Assembly: GCA_963775895.1 (NCBI GenBank)
Contig: CAVZKL010000007.1
Location: 1-38,807, forward strand
Length of the DNA stretch: 38,807 bases
From: Candidatus Bathyarchaeota archaeon
GTDB taxonomy: Archaea; Thermoproteota; Bathyarchaeia; Bathyarchaeales; Bathycorpusculaceae
Direction of reading: 5' to 3'
Notes under the pieces: generated by a model
Databases searched by the model: none
The model's input: only the letters and a program-made list of their open reading frames with translations
What the model was told of the DNA's origin: nothing
Position numbers and translations under genes: made by a program
Shown: positions 30,084 through 38,807 of the stretch, one piece after another
How the letters are laid out: every line of letters begins with the position of its first letter
Numbering within the stretch: the first letter of the stretch is position 1

Positions 30084-31422
30084 TTACTTTTCCTGTTCTT
30101 CTAAAATTCGAAACTCGCTTCGAGACCCTTCCTTGTCAACGACGATGCGACCGCTCTTTATTACTTTTTCAACGAGGTTGACGCCGAAGCGATAGCCGAG
30201 ACACCTGCAGTTCGGGATGTTGAGAATGATTATGTCGGCTTTCTTCCCAGCTTCTATGCTGCCAATTTCATTCGCTCGGTTCACGGCATGAGCAGCGTTG
30301 ATCGTTGTCGCGGTTATGGCCTCAGCGGGATTTAACTTCATGAAATGGCATGCGAAAGCGATGACTAGTTGTTGGTTCTCCACCCAACAACCGGGGCTGA
30401 AGCCGGTGGCCAATGCTAACGGAACGCCTTCGTTGATCATTGTCCGCGCGTCTGCGAAATGGCCGTTCATAAGACTGAAAGCGGCTGCGGGCAACAGCGT
30501 GCCTACGACGCCTTTGTTGGCCATTGCTTTGATGCCTTCGTTCGAGGCAAAAACCAGATGGTCAGCGGTCACTGCATCGACGCTCGCGGCCAGCTCTGCT
30601 CCACTCTGAGGGCTCATCTCGTCAGCATGCAGTTTCGGTTTCAAGCCCAGGTTCTTTCCTGCGACAAGTACGCGACGAGACTGATCCAGGTTAAAAACAC
30701 CTCGTTCACACAAAACATCGCAGAATTCGGCGAGTCCTTTCTCGGCTACTTTGGGAATCATCTCGTTGACTATCAGATTCACGTAGTCGTCAGGGTTGTT
30801 CACGAACTCTGGAGGCACAGCATGCGCTCCAAGAAAAGTCGGAACCAAATCAACGGAGTGCAGCTGGTTCAGCCGGTCCATTACTTCTAGTATCTTCAAC
30901 TCATCTTTCGTCGTCAAACCATAGCCGCTTTTGGTTTCAACGGTCGTGGTTCCGTGCTCCAGCATCGCATTAAGCGTTTCGGTTCCATTTTCAACGAGTT
31001 TCTCCACGCTAGCTCGCCGCGTTTCTTTGACAGTCTTCAGTATGCCTCCGCCCGCGTGAAGAACTTCCATGTATGAGACCCCTTCTACGCGGAGCTGAAA
31101 TTCGTCTTCGCGCGATCCTGCGAAAACCAGATGCGTGTGCGAATCAATGAAGCCCGGCAGTACAGTTTTGCCGTTTGCGTTCACCATGATTTCCGACTTG
31201 TAGAGCTTTGGTGATCTCTGGCGTTCTCCCGACAGCCGCGATTTTTCCTTCATTCACTGCCACGGCACCATTACGGATTATTCCCAGATCCAGCATCTGT
31301 TTCTCAACACGGGGTTTCTGATTATTTCCAGCAAGCGTGACAAGCTCATTGGCGTTCACAATAAGTAGGTCGACTTTCTCTCGCAACTTTGATTTGACAG
31401 GCTTATTCAAGGAGACCGCCAT
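30084..31422 (-). CDS. hutI: Imidazolonepropionase (frameshift near 31210)
   Basis: PGFIDSHTHLVFAGSREDEF, GTTTVETKSGYGL, FLGAHAVP, KLHADE. The N-terminus lies in ORF 31144-31422. Confidence 0.93.
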
Positions 31423-31858
31423 CAGGATAAGTCTGCAAGAACGTGACCGAGCGCGGATGCGTACTGTGCTTCTTGGACCCGTCGATTGCGAGCGCTATTA
31501 TCGCACAGGTTGAAAGTGTGAAGTCGCAGAAACGCTCAAGTGGCTGCATTCCCGTCTCCCTGGTCTAGAGTAACCCGCCACACGAGGTAATTAAGATATG
31601 CTACCGAACAAGGTCGATCTAGAAAGAAATCGTTTGATCCAAAAGCAAAGAAAGGTCAAGCCCTAGCGATTTTTACTTTGCGCCGGCGATATTACCTGCA
31701 CACTTTTTGCGTACCACTAATAAATCTAATGTTCCACTTTACCTTCAAATGGCACATCTCTGCAAACAATACCCTGAAGAAGGCGCGCGCACCACATCTA
31801 CGAAAAGACTCTTTTGTGAACACGTGTTCTAATTCAAAGCGCGCGTTGATTATGTTTC

Positions 31859-31909
31859 TTAACGTTTCTTCTTCTTCTTGAGTCCTGCGTGTGCTCTTTT
31901 CTTTGGCAT
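31859..31909 (-). CDS. Putative 16-aa basic micropeptide MPKKRAHAGLKKKKKR
   Basis: GGTGA RBS 4 nt before ATG, TATAAG further upstream, flanked by two GCGCGC motifs. Confidence 0.5.
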   Translation of the reverse strand: MPKKRAHAGLKKKKKR

Positions 31910-32003
31910 CTTCTCACCGAGTCTATCTATGTCCATTGTTTCTTATAGGTCTGATAGTTAGTAGCGCGCGCCAAGGGCTATTGGGCTGATGTTAAAGTGC
32001 GAT

Positions 32004-32195
32004 CTATCGTTCTTTGTCCCAGACTGAAACAAACCCACCTGCAGCTATTAGCAGGAATGCCGCAATAAGAAGCGTCTCCCCAGTCCAAGATGAAGGCTGC
32101 ACAATCTTCGCAATATAGAAGATGTATATCAAAAAGCCTAACAATGCTATTGCAGCTATCAATAGTGCCCTAGCTACTATCAGTCGTCGTGCCAT
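32004..32195 (-). CDS. Small two-TM membrane protein
   Basis: Two hydrophobic helices and a GGTGAGGT RBS. Confidence 0.7.
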   Translation of the reverse strand: MARRLIVARALLIAAIALLGFLIYIFYIAKIVQPSSWTGETLLIAAFLLIAAGGFVSVWDKER

Positions 32196-32369
32196 TTATG
32201 TGACCTCACCTAACCAATTGTACGCTGGCTTGTACCTAAAATGGTCAAAAGTGGTATTTATTCCTTTTTAGGCACGCCAGCCTGTTGCTAAATCGATTTC
32301 TCCGCGCGCAGCGTAGCTAAATAATGCCGAGCGCGCTAGTGATCATACTATTAATACAAAAAAAGAGGA

Positions 32370-32570
32370 TTAGGGCCGTCTTTGTATGAGTATCCTGTCT
32401 ATTTTTCCTCCTGCTAGTTGTTCCTGCAACTCTTTGACGAAGCTGTAGAATTCGTCTGGAAACATGGCGGCCTCTGTGTTCATGTCGAACGTTTTTGTCT
32501 GGGCTACGGTGTTGGCGTAAAGGCCGTTCTTAATTCCTTCCACACTAACCCGTACCATACCATCATCCAT
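32370..32570 (-). CDS. Small hypothetical protein
   Basis: 66-aa ORF with TATA-like sequence upstream and a T-run downstream. Confidence 0.55.
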   Translation of the reverse strand: MDDGMVRVSVEGIKNGLYANTVAQTKTFDMNTEAAMFPDEFYSFVKELQEQLAGGKIDRILIQRRP

Positions 32571-32662
32571 AGAAAGAAGAAAGGAAGATAGATTATATAC
32601 ATATCTAACAAGCCACGCGCGCGCTACCTCAACATATCTGACTTCAACTGAGTCGCGTTGAC

Positions 32663-33109
32663 CTATTTGGACAGCCCAAGCTGCTTCATAAACCCGACAA
32701 CATCATAGAATAGCCTTTCTTCAACGATTTCGCCGTTCTTCCAGGTAGCAACTGTGCAGAATTCAAGCTTTGCCGTTTTTCCAGTGGGCGGGATGATCTT
32801 TCCATCTGCGCCTTTCATGGGTCCCTTCATTGTCACTGTCCAATCGGCGACTGTGCACGTGTGGTCTCCGTCACCGAAAGCGATCTTGTAGGGGTTGTTG
32901 ACTAGTTTGTTGTCGAAAGTTTTGAAGAACTCCGTAGCCTCGACATCGTGGTTGTGTCGTCCTCTCGTAGGGTCAGGTTGAGCCGGCCAGTAGACTTTGA
33001 CGTCTTCTCTATGACGCTTCTTGAACGTCTCCCAAAGCGGGCTTTTAGGTCCAGCATTCCAAGCGTCATCAAGTGTCTTCATCAACTCAAGGTTTTCCTT
33101 TACTCCCAT
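32663..33109 (-). CDS. SnoaL-like ester cyclase (NTF2 fold)
   Basis: LDDAWNA..GADGKIIPPTGK..WKNGEIVEERLFYDVVGFMKQLGL. GAGGTGA RBS. Confidence 0.88.
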   Translation of the reverse strand: MGVKENLELMKTLDDAWNAGPKSPLWETFKKRHREDVKVYWPAQPDPTRGRHNHDVEATEFFKTFDNKLVNNPYKIAFGDGDHTCTVADWTVTMKGPMKGADGKIIPPTGKTAKLEFCTVATWKNGEIVEERLFYDVVGFMKQLGLSK

Positions 33110-33230
33110 ATCATTCACCTCACTTTCTATTCTTAGTGTTTAGTGCTAATAAGCGCGCGCATAAGTATCAGATGCAGAACGCTAACCATATACTCTAAAG
33201 AGCCCTAACACAGGATACGAACTATTCTTT

Positions 33231-33812
33231 TCAATGCCGTGCTCTTCGTATCTTTTTTCCAATTGAGAACGCTTGTCCTGTGCGTTTCCCAACTTTATGA
33301 TATGTCATTTGTGCAGGATTCCAGATGATCGGTTTCACTTTCTTAATGTCTGGAAGGTTCTTTTCATTAAGCACAAGAGAATCAGCTTTGACATCCACGA
33401 TTTCACCTATGAACTCTGTGTGTAGCCCAATTTTAATTATTTGAATAACCTTGCACTCTATTATCAGAGGAAATTCTTTCACATAGGGTGCATCAACAAG
33501 ATCGCTTTTCACAGGAGTAAGCCCTGTTGCTGAGAATTTATCCACCGTTTTCCCCGAAGCGATGCCAAAATAATCAGCCTCCTTGGTATAGGTTTCGGAT
33601 GGAATACTCACTGTAAACGATTTCCGTTTCATAATATTTCTATAGGTATACGTAGCTTTTCTCAGAGATACATAGAGACATGGCGGTCGGGAACAACAAA
33701 TTCCTCCCCAAGCAGCAGTCATGACATTTGGTTTTCCCTCTCGATCATAAGTTCCTACAACCCAGACAGGTGTCGTGGGAACGATAGTCTCTGCACCCAA
33801 AGAATTTTTCAT
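33231..33812 (-). CDS. Flavin reductase family protein (flavoredoxin-like)
   Basis: [60 protein letters not shown]. Confidence 0.9.
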   Translation of the reverse strand: MKNSLGAETIVPTTPVWVVGTYDREGKPNVMTAAWGGICCSRPPCLYVSLRKATYTYRNIMKRKSFTVSIPSETYTKEADYFGIASGKTVDKFSATGLTPVKSDLVDAPYVKEFPLIIECKVIQIIKIGLHTEFIGEIVDVKADSLVLNEKNLPDIKKVKPIIWNPAQMTYHKVGKRTGQAFSIGKKIRRARH

Positions 33813-33857
33813 AAGAAACCTCCTTAACATTTTGTCTTATCAATCGCGCGCGCGACG

Positions 33858-34705
33858 CTAGCGCGGCTTTGTCGCTGAAACGTTAATACTAAGTGTTGCC
33901 TCCAGAATTTCTTTCATTCTCTGTTTTGCCTTCTTGTTCAGTTCGGACACTTTCCTGGTTTCGGTAGCATCCGTTTTTGGATTGAAGACTAGGACTTCTT
34001 CATCAGGATCGCTGGTAAGATCCTCAGAGTGATATGACTTTTCTTGGATTATTCTCACGTTCTTGAATCCGACCGCGTTTATTGTTTCTATGTATTTGTC
34101 CTTCATTATTGCGCCCACAACGCAGCTTGTCGGATTCATTCCTTTCTTCATTGCCTCGGGGAGCTCCTTCAGCAATACGAGATCTGATACCATCAGTCTT
34201 CCTCCAGACTTGAGCACTCTGAACGCTTCTTGGAAGACTTTCTTTTTGTTTGGAGTCAAATTGATCACGCAGTTTGAAATGACTACGTCCACGGTGTTAT
34301 CTGCAACAGGTAAGTTTTCAATTTCTCCTAGTCTGAATTCGACGTTTGCGTATTTGCCTTTTCTAGCGTTCTCTCTCTTGCTTTGTCAATCATTTCGGGT
34401 GTCATGTCCACGCCTATCACTTTCCCTCTCTGACCCACTCTCTTGGCAGCTAGGAAGCAATCAAATCCGCCGCCTGAACCCAAATCGACGACGATCTCTC
34501 CTTCTTGAAGGGAAGTCAACGCTAGGGGGTTTCTGCAGCCCAAGCCCATGTTTGCGCCTTCTGGAGTAGTTTTGAGGTCTTTTTCGGAATATCCCATCTT
34601 CTTGCTGCCTTCGTAAGATGTGCTGTTGCCACGACAGGAACTCTGGTTCGTCGCTATTTTGGCATAGCCTTCGCGTACTTCTCTTCTCTGCTTTTCTTCA
34701 GTCAT
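33858..34705 (-). CDS. arsM: Arsenite methyltransferase (frameshift at the CT repeat near 34370)
   Basis: [61 protein letters not shown]. Confidence 0.85.
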
Positions 34706-34720
34706 GTGACCATCTCCAAA

Positions 34721-35107
34721 TCACTGTGTCTCCTTCTTGCCGAGTTCTCTTTTGGCTTGCTCTTTGAGTTCTCTGATCTTCTCGACGGTTGGCATGACTC
34801 TCTCAAAAAGGCCTTTTCGAGCTAGCATACCTTGTCTAATAAAGAACGCTGCTGCTTCTGATCGGCTTTTGAAAGCTTCAACCTCGACGAGTGCGTCAAT
34901 CTGCTTCAAATCCGCATCGTCCAGTCTCGTCATTACAACATTGCCTCGTTCTCCAAGGCCGTTTCCCAATTTCATTAGAATCTCATCTTTCAATTGGGGC
35001 GAAACCACTTTGCTCTCACCTTCAGGGCAGCAAACCATCATTGCGACTTTCTTCTGCTCATCCTCAATTTTCTTGACGTTTTCCTTGATATTTCCCTTCT
35101 TAATCAT
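34721..35107 (-). CDS. RHH/CopG-like DNA-binding protein with N-terminal CC motif
   Basis: NVVMTRLDDADLKQIDALVEVEAFKSRSEAAAFFIRQG and VCCPEG. Confidence 0.7.
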   Translation of the reverse strand: MIKKGNIKENVKKIEDEQKKVAMMVCCPEGESKVVSPQLKDEILMKLGNGLGERGNVVMTRLDDADLKQIDALVEVEAFKSRSEAAAFFIRQGMLARKGLFERVMPTVEKIRELKEQAKRELGKKETQ

Positions 35108-35129
35108 ATTTCCAGCTCCGCATCATGGA

Positions 35130-35157
35130 TGTAATGTGTAACGTGTAATATGTAACT
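35130..35157. promoter_or_regulatory. Four TGTAAnn heptad direct repeats upstream of the RHH gene
   Basis: TGTAA at 35130, 35137, 35144 and 35151. Confidence 0.65.
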
Positions 35158-35233
35158 CAGCTATTAAGCCTTTGTCTCAATTTAGCGCGCGCGTGCTAGA
35201 TAACCGAACTTCTTTCATTGTCTAGCAAAGAAT

Positions 35234-35692
35234 CTAGCGCGTGCTAGTACTAAGACTCAAACGCATCAGAATTGCCGTTTTTGGGCACGCGCTCTTAAAT
35301 TCCATAGAGTTGGTAATGCTTCCAGTAACATTTTCACGATTATCTTCCTTGAACCCTAGTTTTCGGAACAAGTCTGGAGCTGTAGTTGTCAGCAGTAACA
35401 ATTCACGAATTCCATTCTTCCTTGCTTCATTTATTACATGTTTGACTAGAGAAGACCCATACCCTTGATTTTGCAGGTTCTTGTTTACTGCAACGGATCG
35501 CAAAAGTCCTTTTCCTCCCCATACTTCCAAACCTGCCACACCGTGGATGCTTCCATTGCTCTCCTGAAGAACCCACATTTTGGAATTTTCAAGTCCGTCG
35601 AGAGGCAATTTAAAACCTGAAAGTAACAAGCTAATGCATTCTTTGTCTTCAAGTCGGGCTTGCCTTATCTTAAACGCTTTCTTTAGGTTCAT
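35234..35692 (-). CDS. Arsenic-resistance GNAT N-acetyltransferase (ArsN2-like)
   Basis: GVAGLEVWGGKGLLRSVAV..QNQGYG..LLTTTAPDLFRKLGF..EFKSACPKTAILM. Confidence 0.85.
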   Translation of the reverse strand: MNLKKAFKIRQARLEDKECISLLLSGFKLPLDGLENSKMWVLQESNGSIHGVAGLEVWGGKGLLRSVAVNKNLQNQGYGSSLVKHVINEARKNGIRELLLLTTTAPDLFRKLGFKEDNRENVTGSITNSMEFKSACPKTAILMRLSLSTSTR

Positions 35693-35717
35693 TATCTTGC
35701 TTCTCCCAACTCGCGCG

Positions 35718-36113
35718 CTAACTCTTGTTTATGATCAATTCTTTGACGCGTTGCTCAATATCGTCCCTGATTTTTCGCACTTCTTCTATCGGCTTTCCTT
35801 TGGGGTCTTCAAGCTTCCAGTCAATTGTTGGTTTGAAGAATGGCCCAGGGCAGACCCCATTGTCATTGCAGCCCATGGTAACAATCAAATCAGCGTCTTG
35901 AGTCATCTGGAAAGTGAGCAGCTTGGGCTTATTCATTGATATATCGATGCCCTTCTCCTTCAAGGCTTCCACTACTATGGGGTTGACTTTATTCGCTGGC
36001 TTATTGCCAGCGCTGGAAACGATGAATTTGTCTTTTCCATATTTGTTGGCGAAGGCCTCTGCTATCTGGCTTCTGCCCGCATTCTCAACGCAGACAAAAA
36101 GTATTCGCTTCAA
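35718..36113 (-). CDS. arsC: Arsenate reductase, LMW-PTP type
   Basis: ILFVCVENAGRSQIAEA, IVTMGC..VCP, DWKLEDPKG. Confidence 0.9.
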   Translation of the reverse strand: MKRILFVCVENAGRSQIAEAFANKYGKDKFIVSSAGNKPANKVNPIVVEALKEKGIDISMNKPKLLTFQMTQDADLIVTMGCNDNGVCPGPFFKPTIDWKLEDPKGKPIEEVRKIRDDIEQRVKELIINKS

Positions 36114-36140
36114 CTCGGTCCCTTAACGAAGATGCAGAAA

Positions 36141-36158
36141 AACATATTTAAATGCGTT
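36141..36158. promoter_or_regulatory. Imperfect palindrome / shared TATA of divergent arsC-arsR
   Basis: aacatatttaaatgcgtt centred on ATTTAAAT, about 30 nt from both starts. ATTTAAAT recurs at 36615 upstream of the HMA gene. Confidence 0.45.
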
Positions 36159-36183
36159 GCTATTACTGGTTATCTGAAAAGAT

Positions 36184-36570
36184 ATGGCTGCATCAAAAAT
36201 AAGTGAGAGATTACAACGGTTAGCCGAATTAGGAACTTGCTCTAGCGAGACTGCCTCAGAATACGCAGGCGAATTGAAGGACCTAGCCAATAAAGGCATG
36301 AGTTCGGAAAGAAGTAAAGCGAAGAGCAAGGTTTTCAAAGCTCTTGCAGACTCCATTCGGCTTAGAATTCTAGGCTTACTATCATCCCGTGAGATGTGTG
36401 TCTGTGAAGTCATGGTCGCACTCGACTTAACTCAGCCTACCGCTTCTCATCATCTGAGGATTCTAGAGAATGTTGGGTTGGTGAAGGACAGGAAAGAAGG
36501 AAAATGGGTTTTCTATAGCATTGCTAATCCTGAACTTTTTGAAGGCATGCGTAAACTGGAAATCCTCTGA
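36184..36570 (+). CDS. arsR: ArsR/SmtB metalloregulator
   Basis: FKALADSIRLRIL, REMCVCEV, TQPTASHHLRIL, RKEGKWVFYS. Confidence 0.88.
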   Translation: MAASKISERLQRLAELGTCSSETASEYAGELKDLANKGMSSERSKAKSKVFKALADSIRLRILGLLSSREMCVCEVMVALDLTQPTASHHLRILENVGLVKDRKEGKWVFYSIANPELFEGMRKLEIL

Positions 36571-36656
36571 TCTCTAAGGACATATGTGTGTGAAACACGG
36601 GATTATAACAATAGATTTAAATTCTTGAATATAACTACCTGCTTTTGGGTCAATCA

Positions 36657-36914
36657 ATGAATATTGAGAAAGTTGTCCTGAAGGCTTCAAAAAAAGATTG
36701 TACTGCATGTAGCACATGTGCAATTTTCAAGGCAGACAACCTCCGACACGCACTATCCAGATTAAACGGAATCTCAAAAGTCAAAGTTGACGAGATAACA
36801 GGTAAGGTCACAATAGAATACGACACACAAAAAATCAATCTCTCCAAGGTCACTGAACGCATTGAAAAGCTCGGTTACCAAGTTGAGATATTGTCAAGAG
36901 AGGAAATCCAATGA
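36657..36914 (+). CDS. Heavy-metal-associated (HMA) domain protein
   Basis: DCTACSTC..LSRLNGISKVKVD..VTIEYD..IEKLGY. Its stop overlaps the ATPase start (ATGA). Confidence 0.85.
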   Translation: MNIEKVVLKASKKDCTACSTCAIFKADNLRHALSRLNGISKVKVDEITGKVTIEYDTQKINLSKVTERIEKLGYQVEILSREEIQ

Positions 36915-38807
36915 GAGAACACGTCAAAGGCGTAATTCTGGTAATTTTACTTGGGCTATTCGCTTTAGCAGGCGCTCTAATACCTGGAACTCAAGTAACT
37001 TACGCGCATGAAATCAGCATTGCTTTTGCTTTGATCGCCGTTGCCTTAGGCTACCGCATCTACTTGCATGGCATTCGATCCTTGCGGCATGGGAATGTTA
37101 CCGCCCAATTGTTTGCAACTATCGCCATATTCATTTCAGTAGTAGCTGGTCTCGTCCTGCCTTCAGCATCAGCCACTGGCACAGCAGAAGCAGTTGGTTA
37201 CCTCACAGCATCAGCAATAGTGGCATTCATAATACTAGCAGGTATGACGCTTGAAGACTACATCATCCATAGAACAAGAGGCGCGCTTGAGGCTCTCGTA
37301 AAGATGAGTCCCACCACAGCTCGCATGCGTCGAGACGGTGCAGAAGTTGAAGTACCCATAGACGAGGTCAAGTTAGGCGAAATCGTCTTAGTCAAACCCG
37401 GCGACAAAATACCCGTTGATGGAGCCGTGATTTCAGGGCACAGCACAGTTAACCAAGCAACGATAACGGGTGAATCAATTCCTGTGGAAAAGACAGTGGG
37501 AGACCGCACATTTGCTGGTACACTCAATGAACATGGGGCATTAGAAATCAAAGTTGAAAAAATCGCTGAGGACACCACACTTGCTCATCTCATCCAACTT
37601 GTTGAAGAAGCTCAAGAGAAAAAAGCACCCATACAGAACGTTGCAGACCGATTTACCACTTACTTCTTGCCAATCATGGCAGTTTTAGCATCTTCTGTCT
37701 TTGCAGTCAGTTACTTCGCTTTTGGTTTTGACGTGGCACTGGTTAGAACCGTGACTGTTCTCTTAGTCGCATGCCCTTGCGCCCTTTCAATAGCTGTTCC
37801 CGTCGCTGTTGCCGGTACTATCGGTAATGCTAGCATGAATGGCATAATAATCAAGGGCGGCACACACATCGAAAAGCTAAAAGACGTTAAGCTCGTCGCA
37901 TTCGACAAAACTGGCACGTTAACCATCGGCGAACCCAAAGTTACTGAGATAAAGACTTTCGGTAATCACTCTGAAATGGACACAATCAAGTATGCAGCAA
38001 TTGCCGAGAAATTCTCAGAGCATCCCCTATCCAAAGCCATCATCACTAAGGCAACTGAGATGGGTATGAAAATTCCTGACCCCACAGACTTTAAGACTAT
38101 TCCAGGGCATGGTGTGGACGCCCATTACGGAAATAAGCATATCCTAATTGGAAGAAATATGATGGAAACGGAGATTTTAGAAGAAGCGAATCAATTGATG
38201 AATCGGGTTGAAAGCGAGGGGAAAACAGCTATTCCCGTAGCACTTGATAAAAATGTCATTGGCGTCATTGTTGTGGCTGACACAGTCAGAGAGAATTCTT
38301 TGGAAGCTATACAGAGGCTTAAGCGTATAGGAGTCAAAACTGTTATGATAACTGGCGACAACATGCGGACTGCCAAATCTATCGCTGAACAGATAGGAGT
38401 TGATGAGTACCAGGCTGAGCTCTTACCTGAACAGAAAGTTTCGGCCATTGGGGAACTGAAAAGAGGCAGTGTTGTTGCGATGGTTGGTGACGGTGTGAAT
38501 GATGCTCCTGCGTTGGCTAATTCGGATGTTGGGTTTGCGATGGGTGTGGCTGGCAGCGATGTAGCGATTGAGACTGCCGACGTGGCTCTGCTTGGAGATG
38601 ACTTGACAAAGGTTGAGTATGCGATTAGCCTGAGTCGGAAGGCGTTTAACAGAATGAAGGGGAACATAGTTTACGCTTTTATCTGGAACATAGTCGCTTT
38701 GAGTTTAGCCGCCTTCGGCATCTTAAATCCAGTCTTAGCCGTTGTTCTTGCAGAAGCTGGGTGCATATCAGTAGTAATCAATTCCGCTTTACTGTTGCTG
38801 AGCAAGC
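36911..38807 (+). CDS. P1B-type heavy-metal ATPase, 3' end just beyond the window
   Basis: Open frame from ATG 36911 (missing from the ORF track because no stop lies in the window): TGES, ACPCAL, FDKTGTLT, SEHP, MITGDN, GDGVNDAPALA. Confidence 0.95.
   Translation, partial: MREHVKGVILVILLGLFALAGALIPGTQVTYAHEISIAFALIAVALGYRIYLHGIRSLRHGNVTAQLFATIAIFISVVAGLVLPSASATGTAEAVGYLTASAIVAFIILAGMTLEDYIIHRTRGALEALVKMSPTTARMRRDGAEVEVPIDEVKLGEIVLVKPGDKIPVDGAVISGHSTVNQATITGESIPVEKTVGDRTFAGTLNEHGALEIKVEKIAEDTTLAHLIQLVEEAQEKKAPIQNVADRFTTYFLPIMAVLASSVFAVSYFAFGFDVALVRTVTVLLVACPCALSIAVPVAVAGTIGNASMNGIIIKGGTHIEKLKDVKLVAFDKTGTLTIGEPKVTEIKTFGNHSEMDTIKYAAIAEKFSEHPLSKAIITKATEMGMKIPDPTDFKTIPGHGVDAHYGNKHILIGRNMMETEILEEANQLMNRVESEGKTAIPVALDKNVIGVIVVADTVRENSLEAIQRLKRIGVKTVMITGDNMRTAKSIAEQIGVDEYQAELLPEQKVSAIGELKRGSVVAMVGDGVNDAPALANSDVGFAMGVAGSDVAIETADVALLGDDLTKVEYAISLSRKAFNRMKGNIVYAFIWNIVALSLAAFGILNPVLAVVLAEAGCISVVINSALLLLSK

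Larger units (their letters stand above)
2685..35720. repeat. Dispersed intergenic palindrome family, consensus TAGCGCGCGCTA
   Basis: Clear copies at 2685, 3767, 5384, 5402, 7212, 7308, 9873, 13892, 14265, 14931, 18363, 31487, 31782, 31837, 31962, 32302, 32328, 32614, 33150, 33843, 35183, 35234 and 35710. Weaker ones at 648, 778, 2809, 4186, 6178, 6806, 13341 and 15915. Confidence 0.75.

Noticed and set aside
22598-31115. Short GCGCG runs inside core CDSs (e.g. 22603, 28765, 30445, 31109) as palindrome copies
   Set aside because: They lack the TA flanks and are explained by Ala/Arg codons, so they were not counted.
37258-38667. Minus-strand ORFs at the window end
   Set aside because: Antisense shadows of the P1B ATPase, which the ORF track missed.

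Overview
Archaeal chromosomal window, most likely Bathyarchaeia (an inference from the archaeal gene set Trm5/RtcA/DUF371/TrpB2/arcadin-1 and GGTGA/GGAG ribosome-binding sites). It has three zones. (1) About 1-15.9 kb is accessory. It is centred on a tRNA-Val(GAC) gene (13737-13813, minus strand) used as an integration site. A 9.4 kb element (4321-13785) is bounded by a 49-bp direct repeat that splits an SSV-type tyrosine integrase into intN (13409-) and intC (-5266). An older, degenerate tRNA-Val copy with a 36-bp hairpin insertion lies at 2847-2940. (2) About 16.1-31.4 kb is housekeeping: trpB2, pcm, glmS, trm5, rtcA, acyP, arcadin-1, a CdrS-like RHH, pyrF, hutU and hutI. (3) About 31.5-38.8 kb is accessory: a run of short co-oriented genes, an ars cluster (arsM, arsN2-like GNAT, arsC, arsR) and an HMA protein plus a P1B ATPase running off the end. 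The most striking unexplained signal is a dispersed palindrome, consensus TAGCGCGCGCTA. Roughly 25-30 exact or degenerate copies sit almost only at gene boundaries in the accessory zones and bracket genes like cassettes. About a dozen genes, including core ones, carry small frameshifts that are probably sequencing or consensus errors. All calls come from motif recognition; no database search was run.
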